63,835 bases of DNA, filler included, from Rhabdomonas costata (GCA_019059605.1; 49 parts of 49 records of this genome joined end to end with filler, not necessarily neighbours in it), one strand, 5' to 3'. Positions 48,015 through 62,210 are shown, counted from the first letter of the whole stretch. Numbers and translations: made by a program. The notes: generated by a model not told the origin, from the sequence alone.

Positions 48015-49030
48015 GTCCATCCCCCGCAAAGCTCTTCCCCTCCCATAAGGCAGAACAATCTTGGTCGGCGCCAAGTGAACCTGCATCTGCCTTCTTGGTT
48101 TGCTTTTCTTCAGGCCTGTGGTTTTGTTCGTTGGCATAGCCAGTGGCCTGCTCGATACTCTGCTGCACCCACACANNNNNNNNNNNNNNNNNNNNNNNNN
48201 NNNNNNNNNNNNNNNNNNNTTAATTAATTAANNNNNNNNNNNNNNNNNNNNNNNNNNNNNNNNNNNNNNNNNNNNGTGGGGGGTGGGTCGGATCGTGTTG
48301 CCATTCCGCGCCTGCTTAGTTTTGCTCACACGCGAAAGGAAGTGCAACACAAGAGTGTGTCTGCTCCTCACAGAAGTGCGGTCAAGTATTCTCAGAAGTA
48401 GTCAAGGTTTCTTGTCGTGGTTTGAATGATAGGCCAGTTCGCAGACACGTCCGCTGTTCGTCATGCTGGAGCAACCCCTGTCTCGTTGATGACATCTGAT
48501 GCATCCGCCACAAGTTACTTGGGAGAGGACACCTCTCCCACACGATATACCCAGTGCCCTTGAGTGAGTTCTGGCAACCTACCAACCCAATGGGAAAGCA
48601 CACCATCCACTCGGGCGATCAAGTCCTTGAGCTTCTGCACCATCCGCTGTATCCCAGGCTGGGCAAACGTGTAGTGGTCCTGCACAGCACGCAAGCCGTA
48701 AACACCACGAAGTTACTCCGCTTCAAAAACACATGTTTTCCTCTCTTTCCCACCAGCATCTGTTCTTTTTGTTGAATCCTGACACACTTTTAGAGACTCT
48801 CAACGGCGCCTGCCCGCTCATTGCATCCCGCGGTGCTGTGTTGTGGTGATCTGTCTTGCCTTCCGAGTTGATAGAAAAACGGAGGTTTCCACCATCGGTT
48901 TTCGTACGAGCAATGGAATTTATGCACAGTTGTCACTCTAATTGCGGTTGTGGGTCCTTCCAGGTGGGCCTATTTACTCCGCACCCCAGGAGCATCGCGT
49001 CAAGAGCCAGCTACCGTCGGATATCACAGC

Positions 49031-49128
49031 GGGCAAAACCGAAGCAGGCCTGGGGTCTTAGGTAAGGTAGGTAGTAGCCAATCCCTGGGGTCAAGGGTCA
49101 TTTTCTTGGCCTGTCTCCCTCGGCAGGT
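49031..49128. repeat. Dispersed repeat, copy 2 (homologous to 18051-18162)
   Basis: GGGCAAAACCGAAGCAGGCCTGGGGTCTT (27 of 29 identical to copy 1), TCCCTGGGGTCAAG and CCCTCGGCAGGT. Confidence 0.75.
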
Positions 49129-51276
49129 TGTAGTGGTACGTCTTTTCGTTTTGACAAAATCAAGCCCACCCCAAAGAAAGAATCACCGCGAGAAAGCCTG
49201 GGCTTGATAAAATCTTTCAGCTGCGATCCTCTCTATCACAGCTGTACAGTCTTCATCACGCTACCATAAGCTAGATTTGACTCTAGAACTAGAATCAGGA
49301 GACGTGCAGCTTCAGAGAAACAGCGGAATTCGAAGAAAAAGTTCAGGGGCATTTTGGAATACCCATACAGTGAAGCACTATGTCCGCTTGCAAGGGAAGA
49401 TAGGGGAGTTGCAGGTGAGGCTTTTCTTGCAGTGAGGTGGAACCTCTTGATCGGGACAGGAGTGCACTGATCGCCGCCTANNNNNNNNNNNNNNNNNNNN
49501 NNNNNNNNNNNNNNNNNNNNNNNNTTAATTAATTAANNNNNNNNNNNNNNNNNNNNNNNNNNNNNNNNNNNNNNNNNNNNGTTTTTGTGGAGGCCTCCCC
49601 CAATCATGAAGCACTTAACTCACTTCGAACGAGGGGCCCAACCCGTTGTGAATTTTTCAAAATTCTGAAGCAATCCATATTTCTTGAGCTTCTTCGGGTT
49701 TTGGTTAGAATCGGTTTTTGCGAAGCGGGAGTCAATCTCTCCCTTGCCCTGCTCAACCCCCCTCAGGTACATTGAGGAACGTTCAAACGCCCATGGACGG
49801 TTTTTAACCTGAAAATGAACGACGCCGTTCACCTGCAGCACCGTTCAGCAACAGCTCCTCAACCGTTCGAGAGAGTATGATGTGAGCGACTGCTGATCCT
49901 CACCGATCATCCAATTCGTCCGTTGTACCGGGACCACAGCGGCAGCATTTGTGGGAGAGAGGGAGTTGCACCTCGAGTGGCAAGGTCCACGACGTAGGGG
50001 ACGGTGGTGATCCTGCGGTGAGTAGGCAACGGGCCCTCCACAGAGAGCGGAGCGATTGCCACGGTCCACCAGGTGTTGGTCTGCAGCAGCGCGGCTCGGG
50101 GCTTGGAACCCCCACCGCTGCCCGGCCATAGCCCGCCCCAGGAGCTAACAACAGAGGACAAAGATTGCAATCGTATAGTGTTTCGGGGTGGCAGTCGCAT
50201 AAACGGGTTCATTGGTGGATCAAGGGAGTTTGCGGAGGCACCCTGATATAATACTATGGATACTTTTATTTGGTGACGAGACGTTTTCATTCCGGCAGCG
50301 AGCAAACGCGAACAATGGATTCCAAACAGCGCTTTGGGGATGTAAAAGGCTTGAGCATTTTTTGTGGCAATGCCTACAATGCGTGGAGTGGATTTCGAAC
50401 GGAATAGCTGAAAACGTGCAGATGTTGGGATCCTTCGATTGATACCGAATTTCTCACGGTGCGGTATTAAGACATGCGGTCGTCAGCCAAGAGCTCACTG
50501 TTATGACTTCGCAGTCCCCTGATGACGCACAAACAACCAGGCAACCAAACATGAACCTACGCCCGGACTGTGGTTGTTAGCGAAGGACAATCACACAGAG
50601 AGGGAGTGGTAGCAGATACCAGTGGTAACAGAAAACTGACAAGTGACTGAATATTTTCAGTTTCAAAAGAAGAGGTTTCCTCCAAAGTATCAGCGCCATC
50701 AAAATAATCCAAGGGGGTTGGATATATTGTGTCAAGACTAGCATTTAGGTCAGGCAACAGCCATCGCTCTATGTGCCCAACAACANNNNNNNNNNNNNNN
50801 NNNNNNNNNNNNNNNNNNNNNNNNNNNNNTTAATTAATTAANNNNNNNNNNNNNNNNNNNNNNNNNNNNNNNNNNNNNNNNNNNNGTGTGTGGGTGGCGG
50901 TGGCTGGGGGATGGAGGTGCAGTTTTTTTGTCAGTGCTATGTGGTTTGGGATTTTTAGGAGCAGGTCGTGCCATCGCTAAGGGCGCTTTCGACGACGCTG
51001 AAGGCCCGTGCCCCTAGCCGCGGGTCTGGGGCTGCCGCCCTGAACCCGGCGGAGGCGATTCCCTTCCATAACCCCGACCGAAGGTACACAAGCTTGGGTG
51101 GAGAGGGTGAGGAAAGAGGTCCACCAGAATTAGCATTTTAAATCAATGATATTTTCGCCTGTCTGGCAAGTGCGGTGTGGTTTACAGTTCTATACTCCGC
51201 TGAATTGCATCAGGACCCTTGTGGTGGCGGACTGCAATAACACACAAACATCATCGCTCTCGTCACATGCGCTTGA

Positions 51277-51481
51277 GTGGGAACTGCACCACCCACAAAG
51301 TCAGTTGCCAGTGAGGGAACAAAAAAAGTCCACAGAGGGGTTTGGAGGTGTCCCGTGTGCTTGTTCGAGAACTCCGACGTGGAGCAGTGCGAAAAGTGCA
51401 CGGAAGACCTCCTGCCCGCGATCGACGCTCGCCCCTCCAGCGTGGCCAGCAGCAGCAGCATGCGGTTTGACACGTTGTTTC
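51277..51481 (+). CDS. Exon with a RanBP2/NZF-type zinc finger
   Basis: WRCPVCLFENSDVEQCEKC gives W-x-C-x2-C-x3-N-x5-C-x2-C, one residue shorter than the consensus. Confidence 0.6.
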
Positions 51482-52399
51482 GTACCCCTTGACCTTTTCG
51501 CACACGCCCACACAGAGCTTGTGGACGGCAGCCCAAGAAATTGGCTTATACCTGGTTTGCCTTTGCCGCGTTTCGATTGAAACGTACGCTCTGTTCTCTA
51601 AACAGTGCGAACGCTGTTTGTGGTCAAAGCCTTTGCTCTTAACTTTGAAAATCGTGTGCTGTTTTCGGTTGCTCAGCGAGTGTGACTTGAAGAAAATCCC
51701 CGAAGGTCAGCGAGGTCTTCCGTAATGGTTAGAACGGGAGACCTTTGGCAGTTGAACAAATCCACGATGGATGACTTCCCTTGCCGGGAATCTAAGATTC
51801 ACTCTGCCACCACGGAGGTCAGTGCCTTCAGACCACAGACGTATTTCTCATGCATCCCCACCGCTTTGAGCATAACACACAGCACACAGAGCTGCACATA
51901 CTCAGTTGAGCACATTTATATAAATTCCGTTCTTCAGGCCCTCCTCTCGGGGAGTATTGACGGCGCGTAGTGTGGGCTCCTTCTCGGCGGGCTCCCGCCG
52001 AGGCCGCTCCGTCTCCCCTCCGCCCTCAGCTTTGGGGACTGTCGCCGAACTCGCGCCGGTGGCCCCCAAGGACAACCCCACCCCCACACCNNNNNNNNNN
52101 NNNNNNNNNNNNNNNNNNNNNNNNNNNNNNNNNNTTAATTAATTAANNNNNNNNNNNNNNNNNNNNNNNNNNNNNNNNNNNNNNNNNNNNGGGCGAAGTA
52201 TTTCACACCAACTGGGGGCGCTCTGGCACCCGCATAGCTTTTCTCACCACAGGCGATCATGCCGCCTCACAACCATACCCGGAAGCACTGCATGGACACG
52301 GAAGTCAACTGGGACAATCTGGTGCCCCAGAGGGTCAAGGAGACGGGTCACCCCAGAACCGGAAGAGACTGGGGACGGGTTGTATGTTGTATGCTCGAG

Positions 52400-52498
52400 G
52401 GGGGAGGCCTATTCCAGAGAATTTGGCCCCTCCGGATCAGAAATGGCCGCTGACTTCCACTTGCGCCGGCACTGCAGGCATATGTAGTAGCCGTAGCC
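52400..52498 (-). CDS. Possible 3CxxC-type zinc-binding exon
   Basis: After tgcag the frame reads GYGYYICLQCRRKWKSA, like the G.F.C..C.+.W.S start of zf-3CxxC domains. The match is short and the 3' boundary is uncertain. Confidence 0.35.
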
Positions 52499-53590
52499 CT
52501 GCATTGAAAAAGAAGTGCAGCGCAGATCGATAATCACACGTGTGAAGATACACGCTCTTCATGCACGTAACAAGGTGGAATATTTCTTAACGACAACCTC
52601 CCTCCGAGGCTGCCCACTTACCATGGGACATGGATAGATCCTACTCATCTTCTTCCTTGTGACATGCCACTCCATCGTGTCGTTCTCTGACCCAACCATC
52701 ACAAAATCCAAACTTTCCAATGGGGCGCCGCCAAAGTCTACCCCTAACCCTCCACCAGCCCTCCCAACTTGCATCTCTTTTTGACAAACCCGTTTCCCGC
52801 GAAGGCGCTTCCAGGACTCCGTGTGAGCGCAGCTGGGGAAGCAGTCCAGCTCGGGCGGGGGCTGCCTGGCCGTGCTCGCCCCGGATGGAGGCCGCAGTGA
52901 CAGCAACTCCCTCTTGCGAGGAGTTGGGGCGGTGTGCGGGCTCTGAGATGCGGTCGGGTCAGCTGTCGTTCCACAGCCGCTCACTGCATTGCCGAGTGAA
53001 AAGTGCACCATCCGCGGCAGGTGAACCGGAAGTGCTTTCAAGGGGGTCTGGCATACAACTGCCGGGTGAGAGAGGCGAGGAGCTCGACAATCCGGGGGTG
53101 CGGCACCGCGCGGTAGTTGGAGTAGGAGCAGGGGCAGGGGTGGGCTCAGAAGAAGCCTACAGGCTAAGTTGATTTCAGATTGATCAGCAAAAATTTTCAG
53201 TTTTTTTTACGAGTGAAAAAAAGGAAATCCTGTGCCCCCCAACAAGCAAGACCCCCTAGAACCTGTCCTTTCTGTTGCAATATTTTTCGCGGAACACGAT
53301 GGAATGACCTTTTACGGCACAGTGACGTAAATCCCTGACCTTTAACTGCTCAGGGGAAGTGATGCAGATACCGCCCCCACCCACACCACACACACNNNNN
53401 NNNNNNNNNNNNNNNNNNNNNNNNNNNNNNNNNNNNNNNTTAATTAATTAANNNNNNNNNNNNNNNNNNNNNNNNNNNNNNNNNNNNNNNNNNNNTGTTT
53501 TTTGGTGATCATTGGACAGTGAACAATTGTTTGCTGCTGGCTGCTGTCCTTGGTGAGGTAAATATCCTGCCACGATTTTTCATTCTCCAG

Positions 53591-54278
53591 GAGGATGTGC
53601 TTCCCGTCCTGGAGATGCTGGTGGAATCCAGCCAAGATGTCGACCAGTGCTACATCATCACCAAGCACGGGCTGAAGTCTATGCTGAGCTGCCTGAAAAC
53701 CTACCCGGATTCGGGGCCTGTGCGGGTTGTCCTTCTGCACTGTCTTGTTGCTTGACCTTTTGATTAATATCCGGCGCAAGGTCTGTCATCCTCGTGCCGA
53801 TTCGATTGGCGTGCTCGAGGCCTTATTGTGCTTCTCCATTGTTGAGGAAGTTCTGGAGGTCGCTCAGTCATCACCGAGTTGCTTCTGTGTGTGCGGGTTC
53901 GTTTCTCATGACAGTGGTAATGACCCGAATGCATTATACACTCGAGGCTAAACAGAAGAGCAAAGTTATGAAACTTTCCCTGGCTGAAGACTGAGTATGC
54001 ACGCGTATCAGTCAAGGGCAGCGGTTCGGTCAATTATTGCTGGGTGTATTTTAGAAGAAGTTGCCTTCCAACCAGAAGAAAAAAGTTGGCCTTGCAATGA
54101 GTATCGCTATGGTTTGTTCTGTTGACATCACCCAGGCCCTCTGCATCGACATCATGAGCAATTCCTGCCGTTCCGACAATGCACGGCTGCATTTGGAGCA
54201 GATGGACGTTCTGACGGAGCTCGTAGAGACCGCGGAGCTGCATCTGGCGGACCCCGCAGTGGCATTGGCTTTCATGAG
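53591..54278 (+). CDS. Armadillo-like helical repeat protein, two exons
   Basis: GLKSMLSCLKTYPDSGPVR / ALCIDIMSNSCRSDNARLHLEQMDVLTELVETAELHLADPAV shows ARM-like periodicity with GT-AG ends. Confidence 0.6.
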
Positions 54279-55464
54279 GTGCACGAAACAGCTGCGTGGG
54301 GCGCGATTCTGTGTTTTGCGTGTGCGTAAGCAAGCTCAATGGGCTTATGCCAAGATTGTCGAACGGTGGAATCTAATTGCACTTGTGCAGGTGATTTAAT
54401 TCTGTGTTGTTCTGGCCTTCTGATCAATTAATTTTTTGGATGCCTCAGGAAGCTGTCCCTCAAATTTTGTCATACCCACAGTGTGAAATTACTGGCGCCT
54501 TCAAAGGAAACTTTGTTGACTGGTTAATATCTGAAGGCCTGAATTCACGTGGACTTGACGTCTGATTTACCTCCCATTTTTCCATGCAAAATTGGTGGGG
54601 GCCCTCGTTATCTTACGGAATTGTGGGATATCGGACTTCTCTATATGACAGTGGCCGAGTGGGACTTGAGGTCATCAGATATCGTGGTGCTATTGAGCGG
54701 GNNNNNNNNNNNNNNNNNNNNNNNNNNNNNNNNNNNNNNNNNNNNTTAATTAATTAANNNNNNNNNNNNNNNNNNNNNNNNNNNNNNNNNNNNNNNNNNN
54801 NGGCCAGGCCCGCTGCAGGCAGTTGCAGTGTCAGCGGCACAAAAATGCAATAAGGACAGGAAAACTGGGGTGAAGCGCCAGGGGGATCTCAAGGTCGCTC
54901 ACTAACACAGTCGTATGACTGGACAAACGTTCCAGCACCACAAGAATGCTGGTGAATAAGCGGTTGAATCACCGGACGCAAGATAGCATTTCGCGCAGCT
55001 CCGCCACGCGTGTGCATCCACCCGCTTCCTCATGGTGCATGATCCCAGGAACACCAATGGAAGAACAGCGTGGGCGTGGTGTGCAGGGGCTCTGCCTTAA
55101 ACTCACTGGGTCACTTCTGAACAGGGCCCCGTTGGGCGCTCGAAGCGACCGGATTCGATAACGACGGTGTTGCCACCAGAATTACTGACAACAACCCTGA
55201 TCTGATCCGCTTTTGTATGGCAGGGAGATTTAGATCAATAGTAGAAGGAGGTAGTGAGAAAATTGTTAAGGAAGAAAAACCTTCTCACTCTCTTTCGAAA
55301 CGATTCCCAAGGTCCCCATTTGCACCTCAAACTTTGCCGGAGAAACTCGACCGCCTATCCATCTTCAAATAAAAAAGATGTGCATGAAAAGGAGCCCGGG
55401 AACGAGCGCAGGGGACCGAGGAGAAACATCCCACATTTCCCACAGCACAACCACAACCACGCAC

Positions 55465-55597
55465 CGGTAGAAGTAGTTCGCAAAGTTGTTGTGCACGAGG
55501 GCCTGGAACAGCGCCCGGTGAGTAGAGGGCTTTCTGGGCAACATCTTCTCAACTTCCTGCGCCTTCTTAAATAGTTGCAGGCACCGCGACAGCGCCT
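55465..55597 (-). CDS. TPR-like exon
   Basis: ALSRCLQLFKKAQEVEKM...FQALVHNNFANYFYR has a TPR-like A...NN.A.YY pattern and is bounded by gcag and gtgcgt. Confidence 0.5.
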
Positions 55598-56933
55598 CTG
55601 CGGGGGTTTGGGCAGACCGTCAAGGATGCCTTCCCTCACAGACTAAATGTAATGAGCACTGGAAATTTTGTGAACAAGAAATTCCAGAAAACACAGGGCA
55701 GCATACCCAGCGTGAACGCATCCACCCACCCACACACACAGAGTTGGGTGTGAAGGGTAAACACTGGTACCGATACTGTCAGGCACCAAAGTGGGCTCAA
55801 ATCCATATCACATTCTACGATGCTGGTCTCGATTAGGCGTTAGGATGAAGGCAACTCTGGCCTCACCCCAACCGGGTCTTCCCCTGTGGAACATGTGGGC
55901 AAGCAGCCCCTCAGCTGACCAGCCTAATTCAAAAGATCCTCTGAACGATTGGGAAGACAATACTGAGGAAGGTGAACTCTCTAAGGGTGCACGCTGCGAA
56001 CAGGAGNNNNNNNNNNNNNNNNNNNNNNNNNNNNNNNNNNNNNNNNNNNNTTAATTAATTAANNNNNNNNNNNNNNNNNNNNNNNNNNNNNNNNNNNNNN
56101 NNNNNNTTGTTGTCAAGCCTTCCAGGTCAATGGAAAAAGGGTGATCAGGTTTCCAAGCAAAACCCAAAAACTGAGTTGAAGAGACAGAGGTTTTTTTGCC
56201 CCTTTGCTCCTCGTTTTTCCCACGTTGAGGGGCAAGTCGTTTTCGTCGTCCTTTTCATCGCACAAAATACATATACAAACATGGACAAACGAAATCCCAT
56301 AACACCATCACACGCTCACATCAGATGAATTCCAGCCCTGAAGCCATCTCAAAGTGTGTATTTCCACCGCCTTTGGAAGCGCCCACGGGTGGCGAAGGCG
56401 GAGTGCTGACGGAGTCACGGGGGGGGAAGATTTTGAAATCAGGTCAACGAGGACCTTCCAATGAACGCCCGCTTGGTCAGCGCATCCTTCAGCACGGTGC
56501 CCCCGAGTACGACCTTCATTTCGGGAACCTGCACCCAGCCAATCACCACATGCCAACTCCCCATGCACCAAAAGAAGGTCGAAAGCGGCACCAAAATCAA
56601 CCCAAAGTGCACGAACAACTGCGGAGGGACCGAATAAGGTATCAGTTTGGGTGACTGGGCCAGTGTATAAGTCTGCTAAATGTTTGCACATATTTGTGGG
56701 CGAAAGAAAAAGACTGAGGAGAAGGGGAAAACGGGAAAGAAAAGGCAAAGAAAAGAAAAGGTGTCCTAGTCTAGATGCGCGCAGCCTGGGTGCTCGCACG
56801 GGGGGTCCTGTAGCACTGTCAGGTGCTGCGGGGTGCCACAAGGTATCTGCACAAACGCCGCTGTTAAAGGCGGGGAATGGCGTTAAGGCAAATACCCATA
56901 CATTAGCTTTTTGACTCGGACACAAAAACGCAC

Positions 56934-57080
56934 CCCTGAGCCAGCGGCAGCCGCGGAGATGTACTTTGTGCACGCCGCGGCGAGAACTGCACCTGCCACC
57001 AGAGAGGGGACCCAGATCACGATCCCCCATGCTGGCAGCGAGAGGATCTGATTGCGGGCGGCGACCGCTTTGTCGATAAC
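56934..57080 (-). CDS. ClC chloride channel/transporter exon ending in the GSG(IP) selectivity motif
   Basis: A 49-codon hydrophobic exon ...IVIWVPSLVAGAVLAAACTKYISAAAAGSG is followed by gtgcgt. Confidence 0.8.
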
Positions 57081-57411
57081 CTGTGCAAACAAATACATAG
57101 ACACACACAGGAGACTGGTGTCTGGGATGTGACAAACAAGGCAAGAGTCGAGGTGAGCATGTGCGGTGTGGTTGATATCATGCACGAATAGTGATCCACG
57201 GGAGGCGGGGATTGATTTTCAGTCTCACACCGGTGGTTCAGACCAATTCAAATGACCAAGACGGAACACGTTGAAATTGAACGAATTCAGATGGATTCTC
57301 ACCCACAACCCNNNNNNNNNNNNNNNNNNNNNNNNNNNNNNNNNNNNNNNNNNNNTTAATTAATTAANNNNNNNNNNNNNNNNNNNNNNNNNNNNNNNNN
57401 NNNNNNNNNNN

Positions 57412-58233
57412 GGTGGTTGTAGTAGCTCTTTTTCTGCTGCTGCTGCATTGTGCTGCTTCTGTGGGTTCTTAGGTTTGTGGTTCTTTGGTCCGACGTCAAC
57501 GGTGGCATTGCGCACCACGATGCCACCAGCCAAGGTCCGAATCAAGCGTGAAAATGGGCACACTGATGGCCGTGAATTCTAAGAGAGAAATCGAAAAGAC
57601 TGTGATGAACAGCTCCATCACACCAAGGCTGGTGACAAATTCTAAGAGATGAACTTCTAGGAAAATTCCAAGAGAGGTGCGGTGGCAAACAAAAGAAACG
57701 CGGGGATGGATAGGAAAATTTTAGAGAAACAAATGGGGGCACATAGTCCTAAGGAAGCTAGCGGAGGCACAGGTAAGGCATAGAAAAGAGGCGCGTGGCG
57801 CTGGAAAAAGTGGGGAAGCAGCAAGTCTTGCGCCAAGGCGCTGACAGCGAGGAAAAAACAAAGCCCATCACGGCAACGTACGTGGAGAACTTCACACACA
57901 GAAGCAAGAAAGACAATGTACAAAAACGGGCACGCGAAAAGAGATAGCGTCATCTTTTACAAGTGGTTCCGGACGAAAAAGCGCAATTCTTCCGTGGGCA
58001 GAACAATGCAAACAAAAAATGCAAACAATGCAGAAATAATTAATCATCACCGCGGCGACGGTAAGCGCAGTTGAAGACGCCAGTATGCAGGTGTTTGGTC
58101 TCGGCGTGGGTCTCTGGGGGCCAGAGAAGACCACCTCCATAGGCTGCCTGGGGTAAGGCGTGTAAGGATAAATGCCCAAGGCCTCCAGATTGTCGTCTTT
58201 GGTGGGATCTTCTGACCAGACTCGGATCCGCGT
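57412..58233 (-). CDS. Exons of an unknown protein
   Basis: TRIRVWSEDPTKDDNLEALGIYPYTPYP and LIRTLAGGIVVRNATVDVGPKNHKPK look coding. The boundaries are uncertain. Confidence 0.35.
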
Positions 58234-59346
58234 CCTGCCGCGCAGTGCCAGAGGAGTCGCCGCCATCAGCCACATTGACGTTGAAAAAGCATTCCAAAAC
58301 TTGGAGTCCATTTAGCGGACGTCTCGTTCGCATAGGCACAGCTAGTCTTCAGATGCTTGATGAGATTTTTTGTGAACAAAATGGTGAAATCAGCATTGAG
58401 TGTCCGCGGCCCACACGGAGTAACTCCATCATGCGTCTTGACATCCATTGAGTTGTGGTGTGCCTTGTTCAATCGATCTTGGGCCACGCAATTTCGCGAC
58501 CAGACCATGAAAGTCAAAGCGTGTGTGCCTTTGAGAAGAAGGCAATATAACAGCAAGTCGGAGATTACTAGTTCAGGAATCTGCTGGAGGAGCTTTTACT
58601 TCAGTACCAACAAACANNNNNNNNNNNNNNNNNNNNNNNNNNNNNNNNNNNNNNNNNNNNTTAATTAATTAANNNNNNNNNNNNNNNNNNNNNNNNNNNN
58701 NNNNNNNNNNNNNNNNACTTGTCTGGAGACTCAATCTGTCCGGAAAGGCATCGACATTACCACATTATCCACGTGTGCAAGCATAGAAGATAGCATGTCA
58801 TCTCACTGGTCCTGAGATTGGGCAGTAGCACCTGCAGTGAGATCTGCTGTTCGGGTTCAAACGGCAATTGGAAACCACTGGAGCATAGCACGGAAAAGGA
58901 AAAGGCACGAAATTTTGTACGATTGCATTTGTTGGAGATACCAACCCGAGTCTTCTTGGGGACGCATCCCTACTGAAAATATCCGGATTCGCCCCTCGGT
59001 GCGTTTGGTTGTGTAGAATTCAGCCCCAAGGGCGGTCTAGAGAGCAGGGCAGCGTGGCCGTGTGAGCATAAGCGTGACCATATGGGGGCATATCGTGAAT
59101 CGCTTACAACCGATTTTTGAAGGTGCTGTGGAGAAGAGAAGTCCCCGGAGAGTCGATTCAAATGCGTTGCTCCATTGAACCGCGGTGAAATGCACCACCC
59201 AGAACATCTACCCAGCAGCAGGGTGATCTGTACCTCGAGAAGTGGCAATCCGGTGATATAGAATTTGAAAGCCCGCTGGAGGTACAAAAGACCTCCAAGA
59301 GCAATGCCTTATGCTTTGTGTGGTGGTGGTGGTGGTGTGGTCTCAG

Positions 59347-59918
59347 GTGTACGCCGTAGACTGGAACCGCACCGGAAAGCTCTTCGCCACCGCGGGCTCG
59401 GACCGTCACGTGCGTGTGTACGAGGAGGGCAAGCTGCTGCTCACCTTTGGAACTCGCACCGAGGGCCACGTGAACCGGTTCGCCCCGTGGGCGGGGTCGG
59501 GGGACGAGGGCGCATACCACCCCAACAGCAGCCAGGCTCCATGACTCGACCGATGGGACTTGATGTCAAAATAATGGTGGTAGGGATTGTCTGTTTCGCA
59601 CAACCACACAAAGGGTTTATCTAGCTTATCTCTCTAGGGCGTGTCCAGTAAAACGCTCTTGTGCACTCTTGAAGAAGACCATCATGCCAACACAACCCAA
59701 CTCGATGGGATGGGATCGATATCTACAACTCCTCCTTCGTACCTTCAGACAACTACGGTACGACCACTTTTCTCATTTTTCCTTCAAACGTAAAACTCCA
59801 CCCATCACTACTACCTCTGATACTGTGACCAACGTTGTCTGGTTCGGGGCAGGGTATCGGCACTTCGTTGGAGTGACACCAGCCCAGACATCTTGGTGAC
59901 GGGGGGCTGGGACAACAC
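59347..59918 (+). CDS. WD40-repeat protein (exons 59347-59477 and 59853 to the contig end)
   Basis: VYAVDWNRTGKLFATAGSDRHVRVYE...GHVNR / VSALRWSDTSPDILVTGGWDNT are joined by a phase-2 GT-AG intron. Confidence 0.9.
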
Positions 59919-61358
59919 AACNNNNNNNNNNNNNNNNNNNNNNNNNNNNNNNNNNNNNNNNNNNNTTAATTAATTAANNNNNNNNNNNNNNNNNNNNNNN
60001 NNNNNNNNNNNNNNNNNNNNNTTGGAGCTGAAGATGGAATTTGATATTACCACTGGCGTCCTCTTGCGGCACAGTTCACGCGGAGCTCCGGCACCAGTGA
60101 ATACATTCCCAACCACTTCCCAGCTCCGTTCCACACGTCTCCACCACAGACCGCTCATGTGTCCCACATTCATTTGCGGCCTCCAAAGCCTCAGACCGCA
60201 GTCCCCTCATTGGCCCCACCTGGGGCAATGCGGAACCCGCATGGGAGCGGATTTCGCTCCTCTGACAGATCCACTCCGCCACACGCTGCCTTCCATGCCA
60301 ACATCACCCATCTACACTCTTCGCCTCACTTTGTGCTGCCAGCCGCAAACAGCCACCAATCAGTGCCTCCATAAACCGGACTGGCTCCTAAACACTGACT
60401 ACGGACTCAAGCTTACTCCCCCTCAGCCACTGGCGCCTCCTGCACAGCCCTCCAAAAAAGCAGCCACGGACCAGGTCCCAGAATCCCCTGGCACCCTCCA
60501 TATCAGCTTCAGCGGCGAGCAGCGGCAGCTAGGGGAAAACACGTCCCGCGACGTCGGAAACAGCATTTTGCAACAACTAGTACTCATTTCTTGGAGCCCA
60601 AGTGCGCCAGGCAGGCGCTGATCCACCCGCTGCCGTCTTCCTCCGTGAAAAAGGCTCCGCGACAGCAATCGCCACCGCAACAACTCCATGGCGCCACACA
60701 CAGCGCTTTCTGTCCGGAATTCTCTGAGCCACAGCAAGCCAAGCTGGACCGCCACAGCCGCTGGAAACCCGAGGACTACTAGCCCCACGCAACCGCTCCC
60801 ACTTAGCCGGTACCTATCTAGGCTCTACGGCGGATAACACCGAGAATTTGTCAAACACAGTACACATACAACACCACAAGTCAAACCCATAAGCAAAGCT
60901 ACACGCACTGTGCTTGCCCTGACCACACCTCAGTGTTCAGACGTACATGATGCACAACAAGCTATATCATGTCCACTCTCATACAACTTATCCAGAACGA
61001 AGCCTGATGACAAACCAACACTTGAAGATTCAGCTTAAAGCAGATGTACGATAGACGACATTGCACATCAGAATCACAAGAACCACTGCAACTGCTTGAT
61101 CCAACCACAGAGTGTGCCTACGCACGAGATTACAGCATCTGATGCAGAAACACGATACGCACAAAAACCAGTAAACCCCAACGAAGAGACCACTCAAGTG
61201 GTCGCTTCAGTTGTAAAATCCAAATGNNNNNNNNNNNNNNNNNNNNNNNNNNNNNNNNNNNNNNNNNNNNTTAATTAATTAANNNNNNNNNNNNNNNNNN
61301 NNNNNNNNNNNNNNNNNNNNNNNNNNAGTTAGTGCTCCATTCCTCCCTTCTTTTCCAG

Positions 61359-62210
61359 GACTTGAAGGCCCACCGCTTTTCTGGACGGTTTGAAGTGCCC
61401 CCCTACGACCGGGCGGGCTTTGTGAAGATGCTGCTGTCAGTGGTTGCTGCGGTCGATGCCCAGGTGGCCTCGATGCGGCCAGAGCTGCGCCCCTTCGTTG
61501 GCTTCCGGGATCTTGCATGGTCCGTCCGCCACCACACATCATAGGCAGTGTTCTTTTTTGCTGCGCGCAAGACCGCATCGTGCTTCGAAGCCTCGGGCAA
61601 CCTTCAATCTGACCTCGGGCAACCTTTAGTCTGCGGGAAGGTCTTCCCCGCCATCCACTTTAGCGCTTGCTTTACTCTCGTTTTTGCCATTCGCTCGACC
61701 TCTTTGACTCTACCTTTTACTTCTTTTCGGTTCTTCGCCCTGCGGGCTGGCGCGTAGGCGCTTGCTGGTGATCTGGCATAGGTTTTCGCCTTTTAACGCC
61801 TCATCCTGGAACTTTTCGCGTGTTTTTTTGTGAATTCTTCGCAGGATCAATGAGCTCAGGGAGTACATTACGATCAAAAAGGATTTCACGGCGAAGGGTT
61901 CCCGAGAGGTCAATCTGGCGCTTGCTGCGGAGTGGCGGAAGCGCCCCCCAACATTTGTCCGTATGTTTCCGACTTTCCCTGCTCTTATTCGCTGTTGTGG
62001 CTGTTTCCCAGTGGACCCGACACGACAGGGTTGACACCGATACGACCCTTCTTAGCGCTTGCCGTATTTTTTTGCTCTATTTTATAGGATGGCTTTCGGT
62101 GTACCACCTGACGGCGCTGCCCTGCTGCTCATACCGCGACGCCCACCACCCCAGTGATGCTTGCAACGCCATGCTTAACGTGTGGCTGGCCTCCGTTGTT
62201 GTGGGCTCCC
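61359..62210 (+). CDS. Multi-exon protein, possibly SGNH/PC-esterase-like C-terminus
   Basis: There are AG/GT-bounded exons; the last reads WLSVYHLT...YRDAHHPSDACNAMLN, resembling the DxxH block V of SGNH hydrolases. Confidence 0.4.

Noticed and set aside
57412-58233. Possible non-canonical euglenid-type introns
   Set aside because: Every intron I could fix by protein homology is GT-AG. The ambiguous cases also have usable GT and AG sites and no clear end-pairing.
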